Notes: a model not told the origin generated them from the sequence alone. Positions 51,282-61,719 are shown, counted from the stretch's first letter. The stretch: DNA of 64,000 nucleotides from Cyanophora paradoxa CCMP329 (GCA_004431415.1 QPMI01000530.1:162420-226419), one strand, 5' to 3'. Made by a program: numbers and translations.

Positions 51282-54200
51282 CTATAAATTATTTGGAATT
51301 GTTTCATCCTTACTTGCTCTACCTTCCCTTCTTGCAATCTCTTTCATGAACTGTGCATCCCCTGATGGTGCCTTGTTTTTGGGTCCTCTGCCATTTCGTA
51401 TAATTGAGCCTGTGGTACCCTCAGCCCCAGTAGCTTGGACAGCAACAGCCCCAGCTGCTGTTTCAGTGACAGTTGCCGAGGTTGTTGCAAATGCTGACCC
51501 TGCAGCAATCACGAATCTCAAAAATATATAGACCGCATACAAAGCTCCAGCCCCACCAGCTAGCGAGCCTATAACGATACCAACTATGCGACCTATATCT
51601 GGACCCCCGGTTGGTTGGTCAGTCGTTTTAGGTGTTTCTTTTGAGGGTGGATTATCTGGATTGGTTGGGGTGTCTGTTGGATCGGGTTCATCTTTTGGGT
51701 TGGTTGGGTCAGTGGGTCCACCTGTGCCACCTTCAGCAGTGAATGGCTGGGTGTAACCGCTTTTAAAGACAATAGGTGCATCTGCTGCCCTCTGGTTGCG
51801 CTTCCTGATATTGTGCCATACTTGGACTGCAGGTAATTGAAAAGGGCTGTAGACACAGGTGGATGGGCAATCCCATGGCATACCCAAACATTGCAAGTGG
51901 TGTCATATGTGCTGTTGTTCACCAAGCTGGGCAGTGGGGTTGCTGAAAAGCTCTGCAGGAGACCATTTCGAGACAGCAGTCTTGTTCCTTCATTTGCGAA
52001 TCCACCCTCGTAGAATTTATTGGCGGATAATGTGTTCTGTACATAAATATTGCAGCTGCTCCACATTCCCAGGGGCAGAGTTGTATTGGGTGTGTACCTA
52101 TCTCGCAATGTAAATGTCAGTGTCCATTCAAAGTCTGTTTGGATATACCTATTTTGATTTTTGGTTGCTAATGTTCCTGTGGATCCATTGAACGTGAAAG
52201 AATTAAAGAAGCTGTCAAATGTGTTGTTTTTGTAATCGTAATAAATCATCAGGCCATCTGTGGAGGACTGGAGGGTGAAAAAGTCCTTCCAGTTCACATT
52301 CATAAATTGATTGGCATCAATGTCCACCCTTGGGTACGACATGTTAACACTCTCTGATTGGTAAGGTACAAACGCAGCCCATTTCTTGTCATAAAGGTAG
52401 CCATACTTCACTGGATTCTCTGATTTGTAGTGGTAAGGAACTTTTACGGTAATTGTCTGTTCTCTCTGAGCAAAAGTACTGCCTACCACAAGGTTCTGGG
52501 TGCGGAGATTATCAGGATTAAAGGTCAAATAATTGCTGGTGTTGGTGATATTTGTGGTGAACACTGTGTTTCCACCGGATTGCCCAAAGACTGCCCCATT
52601 GATTGTTTTGACAAAGAGAGCATCTGTGTCAACTGGATAAGTGATCCGAAGGCGATCCTCTGGAGTGTATTGAGCTACATTGCCCACTGCTGTCCAGCCG
52701 ATTGTGTAAGGAGGGGTGCCTTGATTGAAATACAAACCTGCAGGGTACAAATTTATGTCTTGGTGAAGTGTGGTTGTGCCAACCAATGTGAATCCTGTAT
52801 TTGTCACATTAGTCACACTAAAAGGGGATGTGGTTGTTGTAGCAGGATAGGTTATTCCATTCACAATTGTTGCTTTGAAGTATGTATTTGTATCTTGTAA
52901 AGTCACTGTGGGGGCTGATAGGAATGGGGTGGCAAAAGTAATATTATACACATGGGGAGGGGTGCCATTCACTCTGTATTGATTGTTCATATTATAGCTC
53001 TGTAGATCAGCATAACCAAATTGCTTCGATCCTGTTTGGGATAAATTGCTTGAACCTTTCAGATTGTGGTATGAGATGCTTGGAGTTGTATCCGCCAAAA
53101 AACTGTTTACAGAGCTGATAGTGGATAGGTTAGTTTTGGTCATAAGGATTTTGTTTGTGTTCACATTGCTGGAGTACACACTCTGCCAGTTGCTGGATGC
53201 TGATCCTAGAGTGCGGCTCTGATCTTGGGGGAAGATACTTGCTGCCCGGATATTGCTATTTATTTTGATGTAGGGTTCTCCGTATATTGGAACATTATGT
53301 ACAGCAGTTACATTAAATTTGAATGTGGCAGAATTTGCTACTTTAGTGATTGGGGTTACCATTTCAGGCATGGGCATGTTGAAAGTCACATCAAATCCTG
53401 TCATTGTAACATTCGTTATGTATGCCTGATCGTTGATAACAGTGTTTGTTTGATCAAAGTAATCTGTCAAATCGAATATCGTGGCAGTTGGAAGCTCGGC
53501 TGGATCCGTAATACCAAATTCAGCCCATGTAAAGGAATAGGTTGGAGGGGGAAGGTAAGCTACCATGTAGATACCGAGGATTTGAGTGGTGGCAGTTTCA
53601 GTCTTCGTAAAACTCTTTGTGTTCGTATAGGTTTGGGTTCCAATCTTCCCATCGAAAGTAATTGTAGCTTTTGAATCTGCATTGTTGATGAGAGTCAGGC
53701 TATTAAAATTTGCTTTGTTTGCATTTACTTCCATCCACCTGAGATTGGAAAGACCAATTCTATACTTATTATCGGTTGCTGGGTAAATGTTCCTCTTTGC
53801 CAAAATGCTTGCCAATGTGATCGCAAGAACTCCATCTGCAGCGAATAAAGTATTGATCTCGGATTGCAGGGCTGCAATCTCGGTGCTGTGGGCAGTGAGG
53901 GTGGTGTCCTGGCTCGTATCTTTCGTATTTTTGGCTAGCTTGAAGTTCAAAAACTCTTTCACAATATCCTCTCCCAGCAGATTGTTTATGTTCTCCCTTG
54001 TGATATGCAAATGCCCAGTTCGAAGCGCTTGCTTTTCTGTGTTGAATACTGGGATCTCCTCTGCCATCGATATGGTGGTTTTATCCAGGGCGATCGATCG
54101 AACCACTGGAGCATTTGAGCCAATCGCTCCCACCAATTCTCCATCCTGGTAAATCTCCAGCATGGGCTTTGTTGAATCTGCAGTGAAGGTCCCCTCTGCA

Positions 54201-54790
54201 ATTGGTGGAACATAGCTGCCATCCTTGATTACGAATCTATTTACTGAAATATTAGAAGTCAAAAGGTTGCTTGTCGATAATGTTCCTGCCTTGATTGTGT
54301 TCACTTCCAGGTTGCTCGTAAAAACATTGCTCGCTGAAAGATCGTGGGCTATTTCAACCTTTGTCTTTCGATTTGATACACCAGCAATTAGGGTGCTATT
54401 ATCCGAAATTCGAAGGGCTGCATTCTGGTGACCCGTTTCATCCTGGACAAAGAAATTCAATCGACCCCTATCGAAGGACTTGGGTATGTTCCTTCGATTG
54501 TATTTAACTGTTTTGGGTATCTGGCGAGTTGCTTGGATGCTTGCAACCCTATTCCGCTCGTTATCATCGAGCAGAAAATCGATTCCCAATTTATTATCTC
54601 CTGGCTCAACATTTACCAGCTGCAATGCGGCCGGTCTGCTGGGTGTTCCACTAATGGGATCCTCCCGATCCCCATTGAATTCAATTCTCAACGACCCTCT
54701 GATCTCTGGGTTTACCAGATCAATCGGCTCTTTCTCAGGGACTGAAACTTTAGCCTGCGGAATATCCGGTCGTGGATTCAAAAACGACAT
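51282..54790 (-). CDS. Second large fibre/virion protein with gp53/H-lectin-like modules and a C-terminal hydrophobic helix (frameshift ~51790)
   Basis: 1065-aa ORF plus overlapping 204-aa ORF; NITFATPFLSAPTVTL..SVTNVTNTGF; Pro/Thr linker, then IVGIVIGSLAGGAGALYAVYIFL. Confidence 0.65.
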
Positions 54791-54807
54791 ATCTAATAAT
54801 ATTATGT

Positions 54808-55224
54808 TTATTTATTGTAAGGAGCTTTGTAGGGGAACCTTTGCATTACTTGCATGTCCCACTTTTGAACGTTTAATTTTTCTTTGAGAATGGCATCAAT
54901 ATCGTGAGCTATTCCCATTGTTTTCAGCTGGGCGTCCTTTCCACAGGTAAATATGTCCAGAGCCAGCAGACCCCGATCACTGTATGAGTGAGCAGTCACA
55001 TGCGATTCATCCAGCAAAAAGCCAATCGCAAATCCCGGGGGGCTGACCGATCCATCGAACACACAGGATTTCTTGTGGACTATACGAATCCCATTCGTCT
55101 TAATGGCAAGATCCAATGCAAGGGTGACCCATTCCGCAAACTCCTCTGGGGTCTCCTTGACTGGGTCGGTGATATAATCCAGAAAAACGTGGTAGCCTTG
55201 ATATTTTAAGCAATTCAGATCCAT
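54808..55224 (-). CDS. speD: S-adenosylmethionine decarboxylase proenzyme (second copy)
   Basis: GYHVFLD; FDGSVSPPGFAIGFLLDESHVTAHSYSDRGLLALDIFTCG. Confidence 0.9.
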   Translation of the reverse strand: MDLNCLKYQGYHVFLDYITDPVKETPEEFAEWVTLALDLAIKTNGIRIVHKKSCVFDGSVSPPGFAIGFLLDESHVTAHSYSDRGLLALDIFTCGKDAQLKTMGIAHDIDAILKEKLNVQKWDMQVMQRFPYKAPYNK

Positions 55225-55264
55225 TATTATAATGACCAGGGAAAATTTTTGTAATGTATGGTAA

Positions 55265-56740
55265 ATGAAAAGCATCCTGGCATTGAGTGGTGGGGGTTCT
55301 CGAGGAATTATTGAGGCTGCCATACTGGCCCAGATTGAAGCTCAAACAGGAAAACGAATCCAGCAGCTGTTCGATGTTTTTGCGGGAACATCCACAGGTG
55401 GATTAATTGCGCTTCTATTAAATATCAAAGCCCCTGATGGCAGTCCGAAATACACTGCCACCGATATTCTGGCTCTCTATAAGTCGAAGCTTCCGCAGAT
55501 ATTTGCAAACCCGAGAGTTCTCTCGTCAATTGTGCAGAGACCCAAATATGAAGCCACCAATCTGGAGGCTGTTGCCCTGGAACTTTGCGGATCCGCAACA
55601 ATGGCTGATTTATACAAACCGACTGTGGTGACTGCATTTGATACAGTTCTGATGTCTCCGGTATTTATTACCAGCAACGATGAGGGGATCAATGGAATGC
55701 TGGTTCGAGATGCTGCAAGGGCTACTTCGGCTGCCCCAACCTATTTCGAACCCAAACAGGTCACAGTCGCTGGGAGAACATACTGTTTAATCGATGGCTG
55801 CATGAGCGGAAATAATTCTCCCGGTGTCTGTGGCTACACATTTGCAAGGAAACTGTATGGGAATTCGTGTGAGGAGGAATTCATAGTTGTCTCTGTGACT
55901 GCTGGTCACATTCAGGACTTGGACAAAGCCTCTGCCGGTTATTCCTATGATACTATGAAGACCTGGGGGGTTGTTCAGTGGATCCTAGGTGCAAGTGGAT
56001 CTCCCATTTTGAGCATGCTGCTGGAATCGAGCGATCTGAATGCCCACGAAAAGCTGCTGGAATTACTACCCAGAAACGATGATCAGAACTACGATCGCTA
56101 TTATAAGCTGAGTGTTCCTCTGCCCCAAAACAAGATGGTCCTCGATAATATTACCACGAGCCACCTTCAATTCCTTGAAAACGAAGCTCTCAGCTTTGTT
56201 TCGGCCCAGCAAACTTATTTCAATGCTATGTATTCCATTCTGACCATGAACATGACAGAAGGGGATGTTCCCATTCAGAATCTCAGTGGCTGTACCGATC
56301 TGGCAGCCCCTCCAGAGTCCAATTGGGTTCCTTTGGAGAACAGTGCTTTTTCCGCTGATTTTGGAACTGCTTCGAATGCTCGTTGGTCCAATGCTACAGG
56401 CTGGGTAGGATTCCCAAATCCCCCACAGGGAACAAGATCAGGAGGGAATTTCCTTCGAATCGATTTCCCTCGTTTATTCATGCTTTCCTCTATAAAAATG
56501 AAACCTGCTGCCAATGGCAACTATATTAAAACGTTTGAGATCGATTATCAAGCCACTCCTGGTGTATCATCTTTATCTCCCTACACTGAAGGTGGCTCAA
56601 CGAGAGTGTTTACAAATACTGCTGGTGAAAACGAGCATGTTCTCGCAAATCCCAAGGCCATTCGAACCCTGCTTGTTTGGCCCCTCACCACAGAGGGAGC
56701 CTCTGCATGCAGAATTGATTTCGAGGGCTATTACGCTTAA
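55265..56740 (+). CDS. Patatin-like phospholipase with C-terminal discoidin (F5/8 type C)-like domain
   Basis: ILALSGGGSRG, GTSTG nucleophile, RATSAAPTYF, LIDG; C-terminus FLRIDF..YIKTFEIDY..IRTLLVWP..CRIDFEG. Confidence 0.9.
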   Translation: MKSILALSGGGSRGIIEAAILAQIEAQTGKRIQQLFDVFAGTSTGGLIALLLNIKAPDGSPKYTATDILALYKSKLPQIFANPRVLSSIVQRPKYEATNLEAVALELCGSATMADLYKPTVVTAFDTVLMSPVFITSNDEGINGMLVRDAARATSAAPTYFEPKQVTVAGRTYCLIDGCMSGNNSPGVCGYTFARKLYGNSCEEEFIVVSVTAGHIQDLDKASAGYSYDTMKTWGVVQWILGASGSPILSMLLESSDLNAHEKLLELLPRNDDQNYDRYYKLSVPLPQNKMVLDNITTSHLQFLENEALSFVSAQQTYFNAMYSILTMNMTEGDVPIQNLSGCTDLAAPPESNWVPLENSAFSADFGTASNARWSNATGWVGFPNPPQGTRSGGNFLRIDFPRLFMLSSIKMKPAANGNYIKTFEIDYQATPGVSSLSPYTEGGSTRVFTNTAGENEHVLANPKAIRTLLVWPLTTEGASACRIDFEGYYA

Positions 56741-57585
56741 TCAATGAGCAGCTCCAGCTGGAATGAGTAAGAGAGTCCATTTAGATCCGCAATGTCCCCT
56801 CTCCATTTTCTGAGCGAGATTGTGAGCTTATCTAGGTCCAAAGGGGTTGTGACATTCACGAAGGGAACACTCGAGCTAGGCTCACTGTAAAACGAATATT
56901 TACCAAAATCGGAATTCATTTGGATCCTTAGTAAATAGGAATCATCCGCAGGATTTTGCCTGCTAGTTGCTGCATTGAATTTCATAAATGGTCTAAGCTC
57001 CTCTACATCTAAGTAAATGTAAGCCAGTGCATTAAAGTCGATCATTTTGGGGCAAACCAGTTGGTATCGGTCTTCAATTCCTGGTACATTTATTGGTCTT
57101 GCTTCGGTTGTGCTTTGGTAGATAGTATCTGGTTCAATGCCAATACAGTCACAGAGTTCCCGATCTGAGCTTTGAATTGTGAATTGATTGCTGGGCGATG
57201 TGAATACAAGACGACTCATCCCTACATCTAAGAGAACTTTATATGCCTCAATTCCAAGCGGGTTGAAGTTGCCCCCACTAAATCCCAGAATAGAATCTGT
57301 TCCCAACGAAATATCTAGTGGAATCCTTCTCCCTTCAGAATTAAGAGTATAATAATCGTTGATACTTGGGACAGGATCCAGAAAATGAAAGGCTGGAATG
57401 CTCAGGGGTTGATCGCTGCCAAGGGCAGTGATTGTGAGTTTCTGGTCCGGTGGAACAACATAGCAGCTGTTGGGGATTTCCGCTGAGAGGATTCGGAATT
57501 TCCTTATATTGCTGATGCGATTTTTGAGATGCAGAACCCCATCTTCGAGATCCCTGCTGTCGCAATTTATCGTGATTCTTTTCAT
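56737..57585 (-). CDS. Minor capsid (penton-like) protein 1
   Basis: INCDSRD..ISNIRKFRILSAEIPNS..YIYLDVEEL..LDKLTISLR..DLNGLSYSFQLEL, typical of PLV/NCLDV single-jelly-roll pentons; adjacent to MCP. Confidence 0.75.
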   Translation of the reverse strand: MKRITINCDSRDLEDGVLHLKNRISNIRKFRILSAEIPNSCYVVPPDQKLTITALGSDQPLSIPAFHFLDPVPSINDYYTLNSEGRRIPLDISLGTDSILGFSGGNFNPLGIEAYKVLLDVGMSRLVFTSPSNQFTIQSSDRELCDCIGIEPDTIYQSTTEARPINVPGIEDRYQLVCPKMIDFNALAYIYLDVEELRPFMKFNAATSRQNPADDSYLLRIQMNSDFGKYSFYSEPSSSVPFVNVTTPLDLDKLTISLRKWRGDIADLNGLSYSFQLELLID

Positions 57586-57601
57586 ACTTTATAATAGTAA
57601 G

Positions 57602-58516
57602 ATGAAAGAATATCTAAGCTTCTCTAGCGATGAGCGAGACCCCGATTACACAGAACCGAACAGCTATGTAATTACCTTACCCAGGCGTTACGATAATGTA
57701 AAATCGGTTCGGCTCGTTCAGGCAACAGTTCCCAATGTCATTTCCAATGTGTCCAAAGATATTGATAAAACTGGAGCAGATGTGAATCGAATGGACATCT
57801 ATTTTTCGGTCACATCCGCTGATTCAGGCTTTATTACCATAACAATTCCCAAAGCCCACTACACAAAAGATTCTGTGGCGGAGAAGATAACAGAACTACT
57901 CGAGGCCGCTCGTGTCTCAAGTTTTGGAGGCATCTATATAAAATGCCGGTACAATCATACTGTAAAATGCTATGAATTTTTCAGTAATGCTAATTTCTGG
58001 TTCCGATTCACACTTGCTTCAGCTGATTCTCTCAAGCAATCCCGATTCAGGTCCACTGTAAATCGAAAACTCCAGTTCTTTGGTTTTAAATCGATCATTG
58101 CCTATTCCGGTGAACTGTTTACTCCTCCTGCCTCGGATACATTCTTAGTCTCTGGTGGCATCACACTGAATAGACGCATTCGAGGCTTCACCAGTGGAGA
58201 TGAAACACCAGAATCCATGCTCTGGCTCTACATCGATGAATTTGCTCCATTTATCCGGTCAGTTAATAAATATGTGGATGGCTACTTCATGAGAATCCCG
58301 ATCCCTCAAGAGCTTGAGCATGGATCAATTTACCATTTCGATACATCAGTTACTGTCCCCCTTGTCCGAGAATTTAGAGAATTAAAGTCGTTTGATCGCT
58401 TGACAATCAAACTTATTGATCACGATGGGAAGCTTCTCGATTTTGGAGCCTGGCAGCATTATTTCACCTTCGAAATCGAAACCTACGATGCCCCTCCGCA
58501 AATGAATTTCTATTGA
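57602..58516 (+). CDS. Minor capsid (penton-like) protein 2
   Basis: FSSDERD..PNSYVITLPRRYDNVKSVRLVQATVPN..LWLYIDE..FDRLTIKLIDHDGKLLDFG..HYFTFEI. Confidence 0.75.
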   Translation: MKEYLSFSSDERDPDYTEPNSYVITLPRRYDNVKSVRLVQATVPNVISNVSKDIDKTGADVNRMDIYFSVTSADSGFITITIPKAHYTKDSVAEKITELLEAARVSSFGGIYIKCRYNHTVKCYEFFSNANFWFRFTLASADSLKQSRFRSTVNRKLQFFGFKSIIAYSGELFTPPASDTFLVSGGITLNRRIRGFTSGDETPESMLWLYIDEFAPFIRSVNKYVDGYFMRIPIPQELEHGSIYHFDTSVTVPLVREFRELKSFDRLTIKLIDHDGKLLDFGAWQHYFTFEIETYDAPPQMNFY

Positions 58517-58528
58517 TTCGCTAAATTA

Positions 58529-58547
58529 TTTTCTACTGCGAAAAGTA
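58529..58547 (+). promoter_or_regulatory. TTTTCTA-N8-AGTA putative late promoter upstream of MCP
   Basis: Same motif at 11859, 62279; variants at 13615, 62867, 59921. Confidence 0.5.
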
Positions 58548-58571
58548 GAGACTAACCCGCTCACTTCCACC

Positions 58572-59897
58572 ATGGAAACAAATTCGCAATTCCAGCGCCC
58601 AACCCTCAAGTCTATGCTTACAACCGATGATTACAAGGATTTCTTCCTAAACAAATCCCTTGTCATCGGTACCTCTTCAGGAACCAAGCCCCTTCGAGTC
58701 CAGGTTGCTCCAGATACCGAGCCTTCCAATGCCCTTGGCAACCGAGTCGTTTTCAAGATCCCTCGCTACCATTTCCTCAATGGCATAGCCCTTCAACTCG
58801 ATCTGAACCCAATGGTGTTCGGTGAAAGCAACCTTTCAGGAGGCAATGCTGCTGCCTCTACTGGTTACCTCCGTGTAATCGGTTCGCTCATCAAGCGCAT
58901 GGAGATTTCCCATGGTGCTTTCCGCTATGTTGTCCCAGAGGATTTCGTCACCCAATATTTCCTTCTCACAACCGAGACTGGTGATTTAGACAGACGCCTT
59001 CGTTATGTTGGTGGAGTAGTAGGAACTAACTATCATGGCAATACAAACGGTGGAACCTATGAGATCGATCTGCCTTCACCCTTTGAGAAGGCTATGTTCC
59101 CACTTTGCGCTATGAACTCTGAGATAGTTGTTGAAATTGAGTTCAAGAATGTAACTGATGGTATTATTGAAGACACAGATGGCAAAACAGACATTGCAAT
59201 TGCTGGAAGCTCTCTCAAAGTCCTCAAGCCCAGACTTGTCTGCAAGGTTGTCAATGCTGATGAAGCGGTTGTATCTGAAACAATTGCCAGAGTCAAATCC
59301 ACTGGCATTGCCATCCCCTATAATGAGATTGGCTTCCTTCACACTGATTTCACCCCTACTGCCTCTGGCGCTCGTGTCAACCTTTCTCAGCTTACAGGCG
59401 CTGGTTTAATCCACACTCTTGCATTCTCAGTTCGACAACTCGCTAAAGTGCGAACTAATAATGGATCTGCATCAGTCCTTCGTCCAACTGCGCTTCGTAC
59501 CAATGCTGTCAATTTCTATGTTGAGCTGAACAACAATCGCCTCTACTCCAACACTGAACTACCTCTTTTGGTCGCTTCATCGGAACTCCAAGATAAATAT
59601 GGCGCTGCTCTCTCTGCTGATGACTTGGCTTTTCCTGCTCTTTCAGGTATCTTCTTCGGTGCTGGCAATGGCAAAGCTGCCCTCCTTAACCAGGAGCAAA
59701 CAGGCTATGTTGATGCCACAGGAACATCAGCCTTTGATATTGTGTTTGGATTCAATGCAATTACTGCCGCAGGTGATCCTGGTAACACCGAATGGTACGC
59801 AGGCGGAAGCTATCAAAAAATGTACCTCCAATGCATGGCTCTCGCTCACAATATCCTCATTGTTGGAGCCGATGGTATTCGTCGCGTCAGTGCTTAA
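58572..59897 (+). CDS. Double jelly-roll major capsid protein
   Basis: 441 aa, beta-rich; VVFKIPR, LIKRMEISHG, IDLPSPF..FPLCAMNSEIVVEIEFK pattern; located between penton and packaging ATPase. Confidence 0.75.
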   Translation: METNSQFQRPTLKSMLTTDDYKDFFLNKSLVIGTSSGTKPLRVQVAPDTEPSNALGNRVVFKIPRYHFLNGIALQLDLNPMVFGESNLSGGNAAASTGYLRVIGSLIKRMEISHGAFRYVVPEDFVTQYFLLTTETGDLDRRLRYVGGVVGTNYHGNTNGGTYEIDLPSPFEKAMFPLCAMNSEIVVEIEFKNVTDGIIEDTDGKTDIAIAGSSLKVLKPRLVCKVVNADEAVVSETIARVKSTGIAIPYNEIGFLHTDFTPTASGARVNLSQLTGAGLIHTLAFSVRQLAKVRTNNGSASVLRPTALRTNAVNFYVELNNNRLYSNTELPLLVASSELQDKYGAALSADDLAFPALSGIFFGAGNGKAALLNQEQTGYVDATGTSAFDIVFGFNAITAAGDPGNTEWYAGGSYQKMYLQCMALAHNILIVGADGIRRVSA

Positions 59898-59947
59898 ACT
59901 GATGACCAGAGTCAGTCTTATTTTTCTCTCGTTTTTATAGTGAAAAC

Positions 59948-60805
59948 ATGTCCGAACTAGAAGAGTTTGATGCCTTCTCCATGATAGAACCCCCTTTCAG
60001 GGCAATCTTCATTGGGCGCTCCAACACTGGTAAATCAGAAGCTTGTCTGTACTGGATTAAACAGCTTCACGATGCAAAAAAGATCGATGCCGTAATTGTG
60101 GTGACTGGTACAAAGTTCAATAATTTCTGGAATCCAGTCACCCCAATGGTACTCGATGGCTGGGATCCCGTTTTCATACGCAAGCTGCTGGATGCAAGGC
60201 AGCAAAAGATTGCTGCAGGCGGAAAAGTGAATGAGTTATTAATTGTTTTGGATGATTTGATCGACAATGAGCATGTGGATCTCCATAAAGATAAAATGAT
60301 TGCATCCCTGTACACGAGGGGTCGCCATTCCCATATAAGCATCATGGTTATTACCCAAAAAATGCGAAAGCTTTCCAGTACAATTCGAGTGAACACTGAG
60401 TACACTTGCATTCTCAATGCCAGCAATCGCTTGGAGCTGCTCGCAATCGAGGAAGAATATAACACAGGTCCCAAAGATGATTTCTTCAAGCTTTTCAAGG
60501 AGTATGTGCATTCTTATCAGTACCTTGTGGTTTCTTCCGCTGGGTATGATACATCCATGTATGTAGATAAAGCAACACTGGTGAGGGACTTCAATTTCCC
60601 GAGGTTCCACAAGGGGGTGCAATTGTATGAGGAAAAGAAACGCAAGGCAAAAGAGGGTGAAGCCCAAAAAGAACCAACTTGCAAGGATTCAAAAACAATT
60701 TGCAAAACTTTGTCGAAATTTGAACAAGAGCTTGAAGGTATTCCGAATCTTTCCCAAATTTCGCCAAACAAAAAGAAAATGTTGCTAAAAGTTAAACGAA
60801 GGTAA
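59948..60805 (+). CDS. A32-like FtsK/HerA genome packaging ATPase
   Basis: Walker A GRSNTGKS, Walker B LLIVLDD, RGRHSHISIMVITQ, IRVN. Confidence 0.92.
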   Translation: MSELEEFDAFSMIEPPFRAIFIGRSNTGKSEACLYWIKQLHDAKKIDAVIVVTGTKFNNFWNPVTPMVLDGWDPVFIRKLLDARQQKIAAGGKVNELLIVLDDLIDNEHVDLHKDKMIASLYTRGRHSHISIMVITQKMRKLSSTIRVNTEYTCILNASNRLELLAIEEEYNTGPKDDFFKLFKEYVHSYQYLVVSSAGYDTSMYVDKATLVRDFNFPRFHKGVQLYEEKKRKAKEGEAQKEPTCKDSKTICKTLSKFEQELEGIPNLSQISPNKKKMLLKVKRR

Positions 60806-60807
60806 AG

Positions 60808-61491
60808 ATGGTTTATCGCAAGAAGCCCAAACCCGTTCAAGCTTTTGCCTCTGGCAATCCCAATCAAGCCCAGCAAGAATCCGGTCTCACCTCTGGTGGT
60901 GGCAATGAGATGCCCGAGTACCTTATCGATACCAACCCAGATGTTGTAGCCAAGGAAGAGGCCATTATTGCTGACGCAGTTTCCAACAAAGGAAACACAG
61001 ACAGTGGTAAACGACAGGTGGAAGATATGACCGAAGCCAAATCCCAGATTGCCGGTGGAACCCCTGATGCAAACACAGACAAGGTCATCAAAGCCCAGGT
61101 CACTGCCACCCAGCAGAAAACCAAAGATGTCCCCCAGGTTGCTGAATCGGAACTCAAGAAACGAGGTCCCTATCAAAAACACACAGTACCTTCGGAGGTT
61201 GTTATGAATTTTGAGGAAAAAGTACGAAACCTTGAAATGAAAGTAGCAAACTACGAAAAGTGGGTTCAAAACTACGAGGAGCGAAAATCTATGAAAAATT
61301 TGGTTAAAAAGGAAATTTCGAAACTCGGATTGAAATCAAAGGTCGATGTTGAAGAAATTAAAAAGGAGGATAAGACAGATACACAGGCTGCAACTCGCCA
61401 GCAAAATGTTGCCCCGCAGTACACCCACATCGTTCCGACAGCCCCACCCAATTATGCATCGATGCTTGGTGGAAAGCGAATTGTTCGCTAA
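60808..61491 (+). CDS. Hypothetical low-complexity/coiled-coil protein
   Basis: 227-aa ORF directly after the ATPase. Confidence 0.65.
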   Translation: MVYRKKPKPVQAFASGNPNQAQQESGLTSGGGNEMPEYLIDTNPDVVAKEEAIIADAVSNKGNTDSGKRQVEDMTEAKSQIAGGTPDANTDKVIKAQVTATQQKTKDVPQVAESELKKRGPYQKHTVPSEVVMNFEEKVRNLEMKVANYEKWVQNYEERKSMKNLVKKEISKLGLKSKVDVEEIKKEDKTDTQAATRQQNVAPQYTHIVPTAPPNYASMLGGKRIVR

Positions 61492-61719
61492 TGCCTGTGA
61501 ATGTCAGCAAGGCATAATTTAACCGGTCCGTATTTCGATCGAGTTTTAATGTGGACACCTTTGCAGAATGGGCAGGTTGGCTCTGTGAAAAGTATGATGA
61601 GATCCACCAGCTCGTATGGGAACAAACGAGCCAGCAGCAGTCTCATTTACTCTACATGACTAAATAATTTATATGCATACGTTAGCAAATGGATTGCATC
61701 TCTGGAATAATAGAGATGT

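Noticed and set aside
61491-61664. Small gene after the coiled-coil ORF
   Set aside because: In-frame TAA after 8 codons and no recognisable motif.
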